64,000 nucleotides of DNA from Amoebophrya sp. A120 (Eukaryota > Protista > Dinoflagellata): NCBI GenBank assembly GCA_905178155.1, contig CAJINV010000003.1, positions 4,375,863 to 4,439,862 on the forward strand. Direction: 5' to 3'. Below are positions 36,356 to 47,651 of this stretch, in pieces (positions within the stretch are counted from its first letter, which is position 1; each line of letters starts with the position of its first letter). Made by a program: the position numbers and the translations under genes. The notes beneath the pieces are model-generated. The model was not told where the DNA came from. It searched no databases and was given only the letters and a program-made list of their open reading frames with translations.

Positions 36356-38421
36356 GTCGAATAGTTTAACTTTAAGCTTTTGTCTCGTGGAAAAAGAAAA
36401 ACGATAAAGGAAAACTGGATTTCGATTCTTTCGCGGGTGGAATTCAATAGGTTTCCGAAATAAATATTAGTTGTCGAGTCGGGTTTTGTTGAGCACGTTG
36501 CTGTCAAAAAGGTCCAAGAAAAAATTCAAATCTGCGCTCTTAGGAGTAAAACACAAAAAATTTGCAGCAAAATACGAGATCACAAAAAAGTAGCAAGAAC
36601 CTATTTCGATCGTGCTCTCTGTACGGGGTTTCAGGGATCCATCTCCCAGATCTAGGGCGCATTGCGATGTTGAGAACTGTTGATTTGGAACGAGCGTTTT
36701 CTTGTGTCTGATAGTAAATCCAGGTGCAAAATTCTCTTGTTTGATGTAGTTTCGTAGGAACATGCATGTTGCTGCTGCCGCAAAGTTGCACACGTGAAGC
36801 AACAAGCTGCTGTCACAAGCCATTTTTTGTTTGTGCTGCTCTTGCTTGCAATATACAGTTTCCCTTGGAGTAGATGTTCCTGCAAACCTGATGTTACCCC
36901 GGGATACGGGATGCAAGATTCGCAATCGTGTAATTTTCCCAAGACGATGAAAATCGCAACATACTTTGTTCCCGCGTTCGGTGCGTGTTGATTAGCGACT
37001 GCTTCAAGGAGCCTAGCTTTTTACACCTACGGATTTCTGCCTCAGAAGGGGGTTTAGAGGTCGAACCCATACATAAACACAGCTCTAGACAGACCACTAG
37101 TAGAAGGGAAGACACTGCAGTCAACAAAAACAAAGTAGCAGGGGCACGCGAACTGGTTTATTGGAGGACAGGAAGAGGGTAGGGTACTAAAGTTACGCAC
37201 TCTAGCAAGGGAGTAAATGCGGTTCAACAGGGAAAGTACAGGAGAAGCGGTACAACATTTGCAAATCGAACTACGAGTGCCGGGCAAAGTAGACGCAACC
37301 TGCAACTGAAGAGCAGAAGTAAGTTACGAAAAGAAAAATTTAGTGAAGAACGCTGTTGTTTCGAACTTTCGTTGTAAACTAGACGATATCACGATACACG
37401 GCTAAGAGTCTGAATGAAGCAAAAACGTAGCTCAAATAAAGACACAATACTTTTGTTGCTTCGCGGAAACACGGATCTCGCCAGCTGTATTTGTACATTG
37501 ACGCAACTTTATACCCCTAATCTTCGTCTGGCTCCCTTTCATGTTCTGCTGCAAACAAAAAACAAAACATCGTTTGATTCACAGAATAGGTGTACAAGTT
37601 AAAATCCAACACTAGCGTCGATCGATGTCCTGGTGTCAACTACAGAATATGGTACAAGAATTGTCGAGATACCCAAATTGAAATATTCCAAGTCAAATCG
37701 CGAAAGAAAAATTAGTTCATATGATTGAGCAGTTTCATTTATTCGATCCCAAATTCAAAAATCGCGACCCCGGTGGAGCCGCGCTTTGCAAATTATACGG
37801 AGTACATTTGGTATGATATAGATGAAACTAGGTCTTGCATATTATACTCATATTTTTTTTCGGATTCTCCTCATTCCCGGTGGGTACTTAATACGTGAAA
37901 AATCTTCAGCGAGCTGGTGCCACTTGTCCCGCTGCTGAAAAATTTGAGCCCGTTTACCGGCGTGAATTCAATACCATGCCTGTCGTCGTCGTGTTCGTCG
38001 TGCCGCGCAGTGGAATACAAAACTTTTAACTAGTAAAACCCGAAGGAAAATTTCTGCTACAAGCATGCTTTGTCTGAAGAACATTTCTCGTTCTGCTGTG
38101 ATAATTCAAAAACCTTGTCTGATACGAATTCGCCGCCTGGCCGCCGCCTTGTGCGCAAGACGGTGTAGAAGAACCTAAGAACAAAAAACCTGAAAGATCG
38201 CGCGCAATCTAGCTTTATCGGGTGAAAACTTTTAGTTAGTCTGTGTCTGTGTCTGATTCTGCTAAAACGATATCTGAACCTTGACTTGAACGATTATTGG
38301 AACCTGATACTGGTGAAACGATTATAGATAACGCTAAGAACATTTGAAAAAGAACTCCTGTGTGACACTTTTAGACCCTTGTTGTGTCGTGTTTTCAATC
38401 GAGTGAGAGTTTTTGCGTAGC

Positions 38422-41189
38422 TCACTTGGGGGTGTCGCGCACCTTGTCGACGACCAGCTTGGCGCGGTTGATTCCGAAATCGGCAATCGCGTCCTTGGAC
38501 AGTGCCTTGCGGGACCGCACATCGTTCGGGAAGTTCTTGGTCAGCGCAATCATGTACACGGTGCTGCTTCCCTGCATCGCGATCAGGTAGGACCTGGGGT
38601 TTTGGGAGAACGAGGGCATGATTGAGATAGAGGGTCGGCATCATCAACATGTTGCATCCAGATTCCAGAAGAATTCATGCTACACGAACAAAAAAAAGCG
38701 ACTATCTCATGACGGGTAGCAGCCCGTAGTACAACACAATAGAAATTTTCTTTATACCAGCTGAGGAAGATGGCCCAATTTCTCCAGCTGTGCTCCCCGT
38801 ACTTGGCGACGACCTTGGTCTTGTTGTGGAGCCAGTTCTTGTACCAGGCGTAGATGGTCAGGCCGTAGTGCACGCCCTCGTTGCCGATGGACCGGATTTC
38901 GAAACCGGACCTCTCCAGCTGCTCCACATCCCAGTACAGCGGGCAGGAGGCATCGGCGCCCGGGAACACGTAGCTGTGTGTGATAAGGTGATCGGAGTCG
39001 TAAGAACTCTAACTCGTAACAGAAACAAATGCAAATCATAATCAAGTACCGGTGAATAACGCTGCCAAAGAGAAAAAGGCCAAAAACGCCCTGCATACAA
39101 TTACAACCTAGGAAGCTAAGCGCGGTGGATATTCAGGCATTTCTAAAGGAAATCTTCAATCATACCGGTTCATGAACAGGCCCCACAGCAGATCCTCATA
39201 CTGCCAGTTGCGACGCAGGCCGGCGATTTGCAGGTAAAAGACGCCATCATCCTTCAGCACTTGTCGGACCTGCGGAGAAGTGGAGATAGAACAAGCTTAA
39301 TGAACGAATCAATCGTACCAAAATCCATGAGAAAAAAACAAGAAAAAATTCTGATATCACCAAATACAAAAACAACCAAGCGGCAAAAAAAATTTTGATA
39401 CGGCATGGCAGAACTTCTGGTAGTCGCGGACGCCGATGTGCTCGGACATTTCCAGGCAGGTAATCACGTCGTACTTGACGCCCTCCTTGATTTTTTCATC
39501 CAACCAGGTCCAGGCGTTGATCACTTTCACGTCCGTCCTCTTCTCGGTGTCCTTGCCGGCGATGAAGTTCGCTTGTTCTTGCGAAAGCGTGATTCCCGTG
39601 GATTCGACCTGATCATTTTTATTTGGTGAAAATAGAAAAAAATCGATACCGTTTTGCATTTTTCTAGGTAGAGATGAAAATCCGTGAACCAGCAGATTGC
39701 ATACGGAAGATCTCCAAAATAGAGCTGCACAGCGAACAGAAAGCCGTGACTTAGTTTCTTATGCGGCTATAAAAAAAAAAATTGATTCTGAAAATAATAA
39801 GTCTGTCACCTTGTATTTGCCGGTCGCGTGGAGGATGAGGGCACCCCAGCCGCAGCCGAGATCGAGGTGCTTCATGCCCGGCTTCATCATGCAGAGTTCG
39901 CTGCAGATCTTGTCCAGCTTCTTGGTCTGGGCTTCCGACATCATTTCGTTCATTTTTTTGTTGTCGTCAAAGTTCTGCGGGTCGGACGACGGCCAGAGGC
40001 CGACCGAGTAGAGCATCTTGTCGCACAAAAACCAGCCGTAGAAATCGTTGCCCCGGTTGTACACGTCCGACACATCCGCCTTGTCCGCGTCCTCGTCATG
40101 CTTCCAAACGCGGCTGTTTTGAACGTTGAGGGGTGTCTCTTAGAAGTAAAATCTTATAAGAATTTTGATTTGTCATTTGCATATTTGTGAGAGGAAAAGA
40201 ACGATTACGACGAGAACCAAAAGAAAAATCAATCGATAGTATACCGCAGCAAGTCCTGGAAGATGGAAGCGATGTTTTCCTTCGTGACGGAGAATTTGAA
40301 GATTTCGTAGCGGCTCATCATGGTGTTCATGATGTCGTCCTTTCCTGAAATTTCAATGTGTTAAAAATAATTCGGTTGCTTGTTTGCCTTTGAGATAAAT
40401 ATTTTTCTATCTAAAGCCCTTCTAAACTCCATCTGGTGGTAGTTATTTTCATCCGGCATGACGCGAAACGAATTTGAATTTTCCTATGAGATGAAACCAT
40501 CAAACTTCGGTCGAAGTAGTTATTCTATACCGTTGGCTCCCTTGAAGTCGATTTTTTGGTCCTGGTAGGCTTCGATGGCGGTTTCCATGGGAATCTTCTT
40601 TCCCAACCACTCCTTTTTGAAGTCCTTGTCGTGGAAGACGAGCAGTTCGTTCTGCTTCTTCTCAATTTCGGACGGAATGCCCTGCGACGCTTCGCCGTAC
40701 TCCTGCGACTGGGTGAACAGGATGCCGCAGCACAGCAGCACGTACACCGGGTAAGTCAGGGAGATCAGAAACGCCCACAGGAACGGCAGGCCGCAGTTGT
40801 AGCTGTTGATATTGTAATTGTTGTAGTAGTACGCCGAGCAATTTATTATCGCGCCTCCCTCCCGCGCGAGAAATCCTATTTATTCTTATGATGCAAACGG
40901 GGACAACATTTTTGTCCTTTCTTCTTTACAAGGACGAAAAAAGGCATTATTGCATGCAAGAAAATGGTCCGAACCTGAGGAACAGCGCGACGTAGACCGG
41001 GCCGAAGAAGCAGACCAACGGCTTTTCCAGCAAGGCGAGGAGAATCTGGACACCATACCCTTTCCTCTGCGTTTCGATGGTTTTCGGCGTCACCCCCAGC
41101 GGGTTGCGGACCGCGGAAACGACATTTCCTCCCAGCAAGTAGACGCCCGGGACCACCACAAAGGCGATGGTGTACAATGCGTCCAACAT
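38422..41189 (-). CDS. Sphingolipid C9-methyltransferase (CFA synthase superfamily), ~8 exons
   Basis: YNRGNDFYGWFL, LDLGCGWG, LEMSEHIG, LQIAGLRRNWQYEDLLWGLFMNRYVFPGADAS, GVHY; all introns GT-AG; a possible extra 3' exon ends at 38294. Confidence 0.88.
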
Positions 41190-42176
41190 TTTTTTTGTGT
41201 TCTACTACTAACTTCTACTTTCCGTGAAATTTCACACAAAAAAAAACTAGCCTTTTTTAAAACTTCGCAAGCAACGAGTCGCTGCTGTTGGTTTTTTTTT
41301 TGTTGCAGGAGTTGTTGTGCTGAGGTTTTGATTTGGTCGTTGGCAGATGAAAGTTGGAGATGGAGCACGCTATCTTTTACAACTATCTCCGTCGAAAGAA
41401 GAAGGTGCTATGTTCGTACGTACAGCGTTGTGACTAAGTTAGTGTTGATCCGATGGGGAAATCCGGTGGATGAATCCAACGAGGAGTTGCTGCGCTTGCG
41501 TAAAAAGTGAGTGGGATCTTTTCGATTTCAAAAAGGATCATTCGTGTTTGCGTGTACGTGGTTTTACGACGAGCATATTTTTCCATACCTAGTAATCGCA
41601 CGTGGTCTATATCGTTACCTAAGATCATCTTCAATACGTACGGCAAGATTCAATCCTTCCTAGCACGCTGAGTAAAAATCGAAATGCACGAAGATGCAAG
41701 GGCTACGCGGTGCGTACTGGTGCCAATCAAAGGACGCAGCACAGTCGAATGTAATGAACGACGAACACGAACCCAAACGTATAGGTGGACGAGGAAAATT
41801 CAAACGTCACTGACACTCACACTTTGCGAATCGAACGAGCTGTCGCGCCACGTGCTTTGTTTCTTTGTTCGATGCCAATAATTCTGTCCTTAGATGTAAG
41901 AATCGAGCGCACGTGCGGCCAGCAGTCATATATCTTCCGGTAAGGCATTTTCTGAATTCAGTTTAAGACGGAGACATCAAGGCGAGTTGGCGAATCATAC
42001 TTTACTTGTCATTAGATGTGGCGTATTCGGCTCCTGTTAAAACGCCTCGAATATGGGTCAGGAGCAGCAAGTCGGCATAACGACCTCGGTTTATTTGTGT
42101 GCAGCTCTATTCGAAAGTCTTTCCCATGTTATGCTACTGGTCGACCTCGACAGGCGCGGACCCTGTACCCAGGAGG

Positions 42177-43088
42177 TCAGCAATAACAGTGAGGAACCCC
42201 GGGCTGCACCTGGCCGTCGTAGCAGCAGCCTGTCTGTTGGAACGTTGTCACTCCTGCAAGCAGGAGGTAAAAGAGAAGCCCGCCGACGTCGTAGCTGTTT
42301 TGGAAATTTTGAACAATGAGTACTTACTCGCCACCTTCGTGTACTGCCTTTCCCTTCACTGGAACTAGGTCTACACATCCTCGAATCCTTTCAAGCTTCT
42401 TACAGCGAAACGTAGAAAATCGAATTATCACACATGACTACCCTGATATGGCCCAGAGTGAACTGCCAAGCGAGGCCCAGCCGACGAAGGTCCTGATTTG
42501 TAATTTGACGCCACTAGCACTAGCAGCGCGCTTCGCAGAAGACTTCGACTGCCAACGGCCGTAGAGTACGCATTGCTGGGTCGATATTCCGGGATACCCA
42601 CAGTCTTTCCGCTTGCCAGGACTGATGTTGCACGTGTCGTAAAAAGCGAGAACCGTCCCGGTTATGAGAACAAAACAGAGGAAAGGCAGCACTGACTTAT
42701 TCGTCTCCCGAGCACGAACGAAGTAACGCAGGGCCTGGTCTACTTGTGCCACGAGCGACCGCAGTTTCGACATCGCACTCCGAGCGTTATGATCACATAC
42801 AGCTCCATCATCGACAGCCTTACTAATGCTTGGCTGCGCTCCAAGAACAGTTCCACCAGCGCTAGTAGTTGAAGACCCATGATGAAGTCTTCGTGCTGCA
42901 AGAAGAGGTGTCGGCGCACTTGAAATTGCCCGCACGTCAGTTTCTTCCTGTAGCATCGCAAAATCGCAGCCCTCGTCGGTGTCGTCTTTCTCTACTTCCA
43001 TTTGTTCAGCTTCCAGCGCTTTCGTTACCGTAGCCGCAGTAGCGGTGTCGACGGACGATGATCCGGACGAAGAAGACATCATCCCCAT
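42177..43088 (-). CDS. Membrane protein with trefoil (P-type) domain, multi-exon, boundaries uncertain
   Basis: TM segment then CNISPGKRKDCGYPGISTQQC; downstream exon GCCYDGQVQPGVPHCYC*. Confidence 0.6.
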
Positions 43089-43548
43089 CGTGCGTTTAGA
43101 TTTAGAAGTGGTAGATGCAAAACGTAAGAACTTGATACAAGTGGAGAGTACGGGACTGCTATCGACATCTGAACAAGCTTAAACTTGTGCAAAGACAATT
43201 GGCACATCCAGCGTGCGCACAGCGATTCCGCGTCCGTGTGTGTTGCCAAAATCAACGTTCTGATGGATCCCTGCTGTGGTGTGGCTGCTCTCGATCTGGA
43301 CCAAAAGATCGAAAAGCGGTGATGAAGATCGAGTTCCACGGACAAGCCGAGATATAAACGAAAGCGTTTTTTCGTAAGAACACATCAATCCGCGCAGGAG
43401 CACGCGAGAGTTTTCCCGGCTGGGCGCGCAGGAAGATGAAGCCCGCAGCATTCTATAATGCTTTCACGTTGTCGCTGAAGATGCTTTCATTGATTTCTTT
43501 CTGTTGTACTGTTCGACTTTTCTCCTACTTTGTTCATGCTGAGCTCGA

Positions 43549-45164
43549 TCAGAGTTTTCTGTTTTTCCATTTCTTCCAGAGTTCCGTTTCTATCCCGTCG
43601 AGGACGGTTTCGAAGTAGTAGATATCAAGCGCCTCTTATCCTGAGTAAAAACGTACCCACACCATAGTTGTCATGCAAATCTGCATGCTTAAAATGTTTG
43701 TCATGCGGAGCCCCATGAGAAGCATTTTCTAAGGGTGTTTTGAAATTTGTCATGCTCCAATCAGCATGAGAGACTAGATCTGTAATGCTGCTGAACTAGC
43801 TCAAACAGCACTACACTACGCGTCCAAATTTGTCATGCGAAACAAGCAAAGTTGGCCGATTTGTCTAGCAGATTTTCCATCTTGACTCTGGTGTGGGTAC
43901 GTTTTTACTCAGGATACCTCTTTCTCTTGTTTGTACAGCTTCTCCGTGTCTGGCCCACCCTATCCTGTGTAAAAGCATCCCCACCCCAGAGTTGTCATGC
44001 AGATCTGCAAGCGCAAGAGCATTTGTAATGCGCATCCCCATGATAGGCATTTCCGATCGTGTTTTGGAACTTGTAATGCTGTAAACAGGATAAGCAGATG
44101 GATTTGTAATGCGACTTCCCTTTCTAAACTGCACTACACTACAGCTAGGAATTTGTCATGCGTGGCTCCCAAAACTTCAAGGTTTGTGTTGCAAAATCCC
44201 CATCTTGACTCTGGGGTGGGGACGTTTTTCATTAGGATACACCCATCATGGGGTTCATCATCTGCTGTTGGGGCATCCCCATCATCATCTGCATGGGATC
44301 GTCGATGCCGCCGCTGTCCTGTACCTTGCCTTCTTCCTCGAACAAACTCATCAGGAACATCTGGATTCCGCCGATTGACATCATGATGATGAAATACCAA
44401 CACAGACCGGAAATATACCTGTGAACGTCATTGCTTTTTGTTTTTCTTTTTTCCTTGATGTTTCTGGCGCATAATTGATTTATGCACAAGTTCAGTGCCG
44501 AGCTCGAGTCACGTCAGATGCAGCAAAAAGAAAAAAAGAGACTTACCCTGGTTCCAAATTTTCCACGTCCACCCCACGCTGCAGCATACTTTTGAACCGG
44601 AACGTCAGTGGGAAAGGCGTTTTTCCGACAAGAAACCCCGTGAAGAGAAAATTGACCCAGTAGCCGATAGCCCCCTGCGAGATGAGAAAAATCATTTGAC
44701 TCTTGAGCATGCCAACCATTTGTGCGGGGTCCTGCTGCTCCATTGCCTGCAGTGGGTCCTTTTTGGCGGGTGCGGCCTTTACCAGTAATCCCGTATCTTT
44801 CTTCGTGTAAAACGCTCGCCTGTTTTTTTGTGATACTCAAAATTTTTGTTGCACACCTGAACAGCTCTCGATCCAAATGCCTTTTGTAAAATTTCATGCA
44901 GACTCGGCTGTTCAACATAGTGGAAGTGACTCACCTGTTTCGGAAAGCGTCTTCTGTGAGAAATTTCCCGCCGCCGGACTTCAATAGTCGACACCTCCCA
45001 AGCACGTTGTTCTGCTTCAAGACTTTCATGTCAACCTTCGGCTCGTCTTTTGTCAGCACCAGCAGGTTTTGTCGAATCAGGTTCGAGAAGAGAAATACCA
45101 AAAAAATCGCGATCAGGGCATTATCCCGAATCAACGGATCCAGGATGATGTCGCTTTCTACCAT
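43549..45164 (-). CDS. EMC3: ER membrane complex subunit 3 (TMEM111), 5 exons
   Basis: ILDPLIRD, WVNFLFTGFLVGKTPFPLTFRFKSMLQRGV, YISGLCWYF, 42-nt exon GGPDTEKLYKQEKE (43918-43959), final exon ALDIYYF. Confidence 0.92.
43637..43916. mobile_element. Intron-generating MITE-like element, copy A (280 bp), forming EMC3 intron 43633-43917
   Basis: 24-bp perfect TIR TATCCTGAGTAAAAACGTACCCAC; 5-bp TSD CCTCT at 43632-43636 and 43917-43921. Confidence 0.9.
43961..44239. mobile_element. Intron-generating MITE-like element, copy B (279 bp), forming EMC3 intron 43960-44240
   Basis: Imperfect 32-bp TIR TATCCT...TCCCCACCCCAGAGT; 5-bp TSD CACCC at 43956-43960 and 44240-44244; collinear with copy A. Confidence 0.9.
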
Positions 45165-45992
45165 TTTGTCGCTGCGTCAAGGCAAAAGTGCTCACAGAAA
45201 AAAACACACGAAAAAGTGGTCTTTCAGCATCCGCGTGTTGACTACGACTTCTAGTAGCATTAGTACACGAATAAGTGAAAAAAGGTCGTCATCATGGATG
45301 TCATCTTTCTACATGGCTAAGTACTCACGAAGTCTCAGAATCTGAAAACCCACTACCATAATTCACCTGCTCGAAAGGAGAACAAAACGTGATGTCGCCG
45401 CTGCTTTTCAAAAAGTTGAGCCGTGCCTTGCCCTATCAAAAAAGTGGAACTGATCCATTGGCTCTCGTCGATCTATCTACTTTTTCTTAGCATAGATGTG
45501 ATGGAGCAGTCTGATCGTCATCTGAACATGTTCCGGTGAAGATCACTACCTTCGAGAGCTGGGATCCTCTTCATAGTTAATGTGAACAGCTGCGAATTGA
45601 CCGGCTACGGTCTATGACCTCAGGACCTCTAGGTCTAGCGATCAAGCTGCTTGCCAGCTTTTCGTCAAAATACCGCGCGCTTTTTTCTCATTGGGCGTGT
45701 CTCGTCCTCTACTTTATCAATTACCAAAGGGTTTTTCTGCAGCGAGGCCGCTAGATTGACTGGGATTCGTTTTGAAGTGCAGTTTCAGAATTTGATTCGT
45801 TCCTGGGTAGTTCTTGGGGAAGTAAACTAGTGCTCGCTTGTTAGACAAGCAGTAGCGATCGGCGTGGCCTGAAGTCGAAAAATTTCGGATTTGCAACAGC
45901 AGGGCGATCCAGCTACATAACCATGTCTTGCAGGAAAATCATCTGAAATCGAACGGCATGCACCGACCCAGGAACAACTAGCGGAGTTCCAT

Positions 45993-47651
45993 TTACAGCT
46001 CATCTGTAAGCTGCGGAGCGTTACCTTGGACGCTCCGCTTCGCCTTCTTCCCGTTTGCTTCCATCTCGAGCGTGGCCTGTGCGGGTCCACCGTCGCGCGC
46101 CTCCACCGTCTTCGTGACTTTCTTGCCGTTCTTGTAGGTGGTTTTCGACTTCTTGCTGTGCGTAGTCGTCTTTCCGCCACCGGAGGAGTAGGAAGTAGAA
46201 GTGGAGAAGGAAAACGACGACCCACCACCCATGCCTCCGCCGCCGCCACCCAGCCCAGCAAACATGTCGCCGAACCCTCCGAAAATGTCATCCCCGCCAC
46301 CTCCGCCCATGCCGCCGAACATGCCCGCAAACATATCCTCCATCGGATCCCCGCCGCCCCGTGGTTTATTACCGCGGCCGTGCGGTTTTTGTTCTTCCTC
46401 TTCCGCTCCTCCGCCGCCGAACAGTTTCTCCATGTCCGCCGCCATGCCCGCAAACGCGTCCTCGAATTCAGCGAACGGATCCTTGCCATCGAACGCGTCC
46501 TTGAAAATATCGTTTACGTTCGTGTGGCCGCCGCCGAACTATCAAAATGAAAAATCCCCCCTCCCCATATAGAAAACGAAATTTGTGTTGCTGTATTTGA
46601 GGCGTGAGGCGTGAGGCGTAACATGATCGCTCCCGGAGGAGGTGGAACAGTCAGCAGCCCGAACTCATCGGTTTTGCAAGGTCCACAACCCCCTGGGGGT
46701 GATATACGGGGGTGGCTCCGCGTGGCGGCGATCTAGGATCGCTACCTGGAAGAAGGAATGGGAGCCTCTTTTCAGAAGTACTCCACAAACCTAAGCCAAC
46801 CACTGCCCCCGCAGTCACAAACTCACACCCGACATCGAGAACCGATGCGAGGGAGACCCCGGCAACCCTTCTCTGCGACCGAATACCGAGAGGGATAAGT
46901 GGACCCCTCAGTTTAGACGGTTGCTGTATTTGAGTACACAACTTGTATTACTAGAAGGTCAAGATACGCAGCTGCTCCCTCCTTTGCAGGCAATTTGTCA
47001 TGCTATCTTCCATTTCCATTGGCCTCCTGTCATGCTGAAGACGCAAGGCTCTCCTACGCCACCCAGCACTAGAGTCCGCTTCTTTTGCCTTCTAGCATGA
47101 CAACACGATTTGTGGTCTCAAATCATGCTACACAAATCTCCGCTTCAGTATGGCGAGGTGGGATTTTTCATTTTGATACGAACCCGAACCCCTTCATGAT
47201 GTCATCGAAGTTGTCCTTGCCGAAGTCCACATTGTCGAAGTTCAGACCTCCGCTGTCGTACTGCTTCCGCTTTTCCTCATCGGAAAGGACTTCGTAGGCT
47301 GCCGTTATCTGTGTGGAGTGTGTGTATTTTTGTTTCTTTCTCGAAACACCAAATTAACTTTCAACATATGCGTCCTGTAGCGCCGTATTCATAAAGCTCA
47401 TCCACTAAAAGAGGTACCTTTTTGAACTCGGCTTCGGCCCACTCCTTCTTGTCCGGGTTTTTGTCGGGGTGCACTTTTAGTGCGAGTTTTCGGTAGGCCT
47501 TTTTTATGTCCGAAGCTGAGGCATCCTTTTTTACTCCCAGGGTCTCGTACAGATCTTCGCCTTTGTCTGCTCGGGAAAGCCACACCCCTCCCCAGAATGA
47601 GGTCAGGGCAAAAAGAAGCAGCGCTGGCCGAAACAGACGTAGAGCCACCAT
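45993..47651 (-). CDS. ER-luminal DnaJ/Hsp40, 3 exons (47651-47418, 47308-47180, 46538-45993)
   Basis: Signal peptide, J domain with HPDKN and AYEVLSD, G/F-rich region, C-terminal TDEL. Confidence 0.9.
46540..47178. mobile_element. Intron-generating MITE-like element, copy C (639 bp including nested insert), forming DnaJ intron 46539-47179
   Basis: TIR TATCAAAATGAAAAATCCC (19 bp perfect, 30 bp with 2 mismatches); 5-bp TSD CGAAC at 46535-46539 and 47179-47183; internal TTGTCATGC motifs. Confidence 0.9.
46602..46919 (-). mobile_element. Nested insertion, probably a SINE or truncated non-LTR retroelement
   Basis: 15-bp direct repeat GTTGCTGTATTTGAG at 46587-46601 and 46920-46934; (GAGGCGT)3 at one end; orientation inferred from that tail. 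Confidence 0.75.

Noticed and set aside
36467-37305. Short minus-strand ORFs, possibly a small secreted protein
   Set aside because: AT-rich, no recognisable motif and no consistent splice model
43660-44230. CRISPR-like repeat/spacer appearance of TTGTCATGC motifs
   Set aside because: Repeats are only 9 bp, lie inside TIR-bounded introns of a eukaryotic gene, and no cas genes are present
46625-46660. HDV-like ribozyme core (CCACCTCCTC on minus strand) in the nested insert
   Set aside because: Could not build the nested double pseudoknot by eye, and it is at the presumed 3' end
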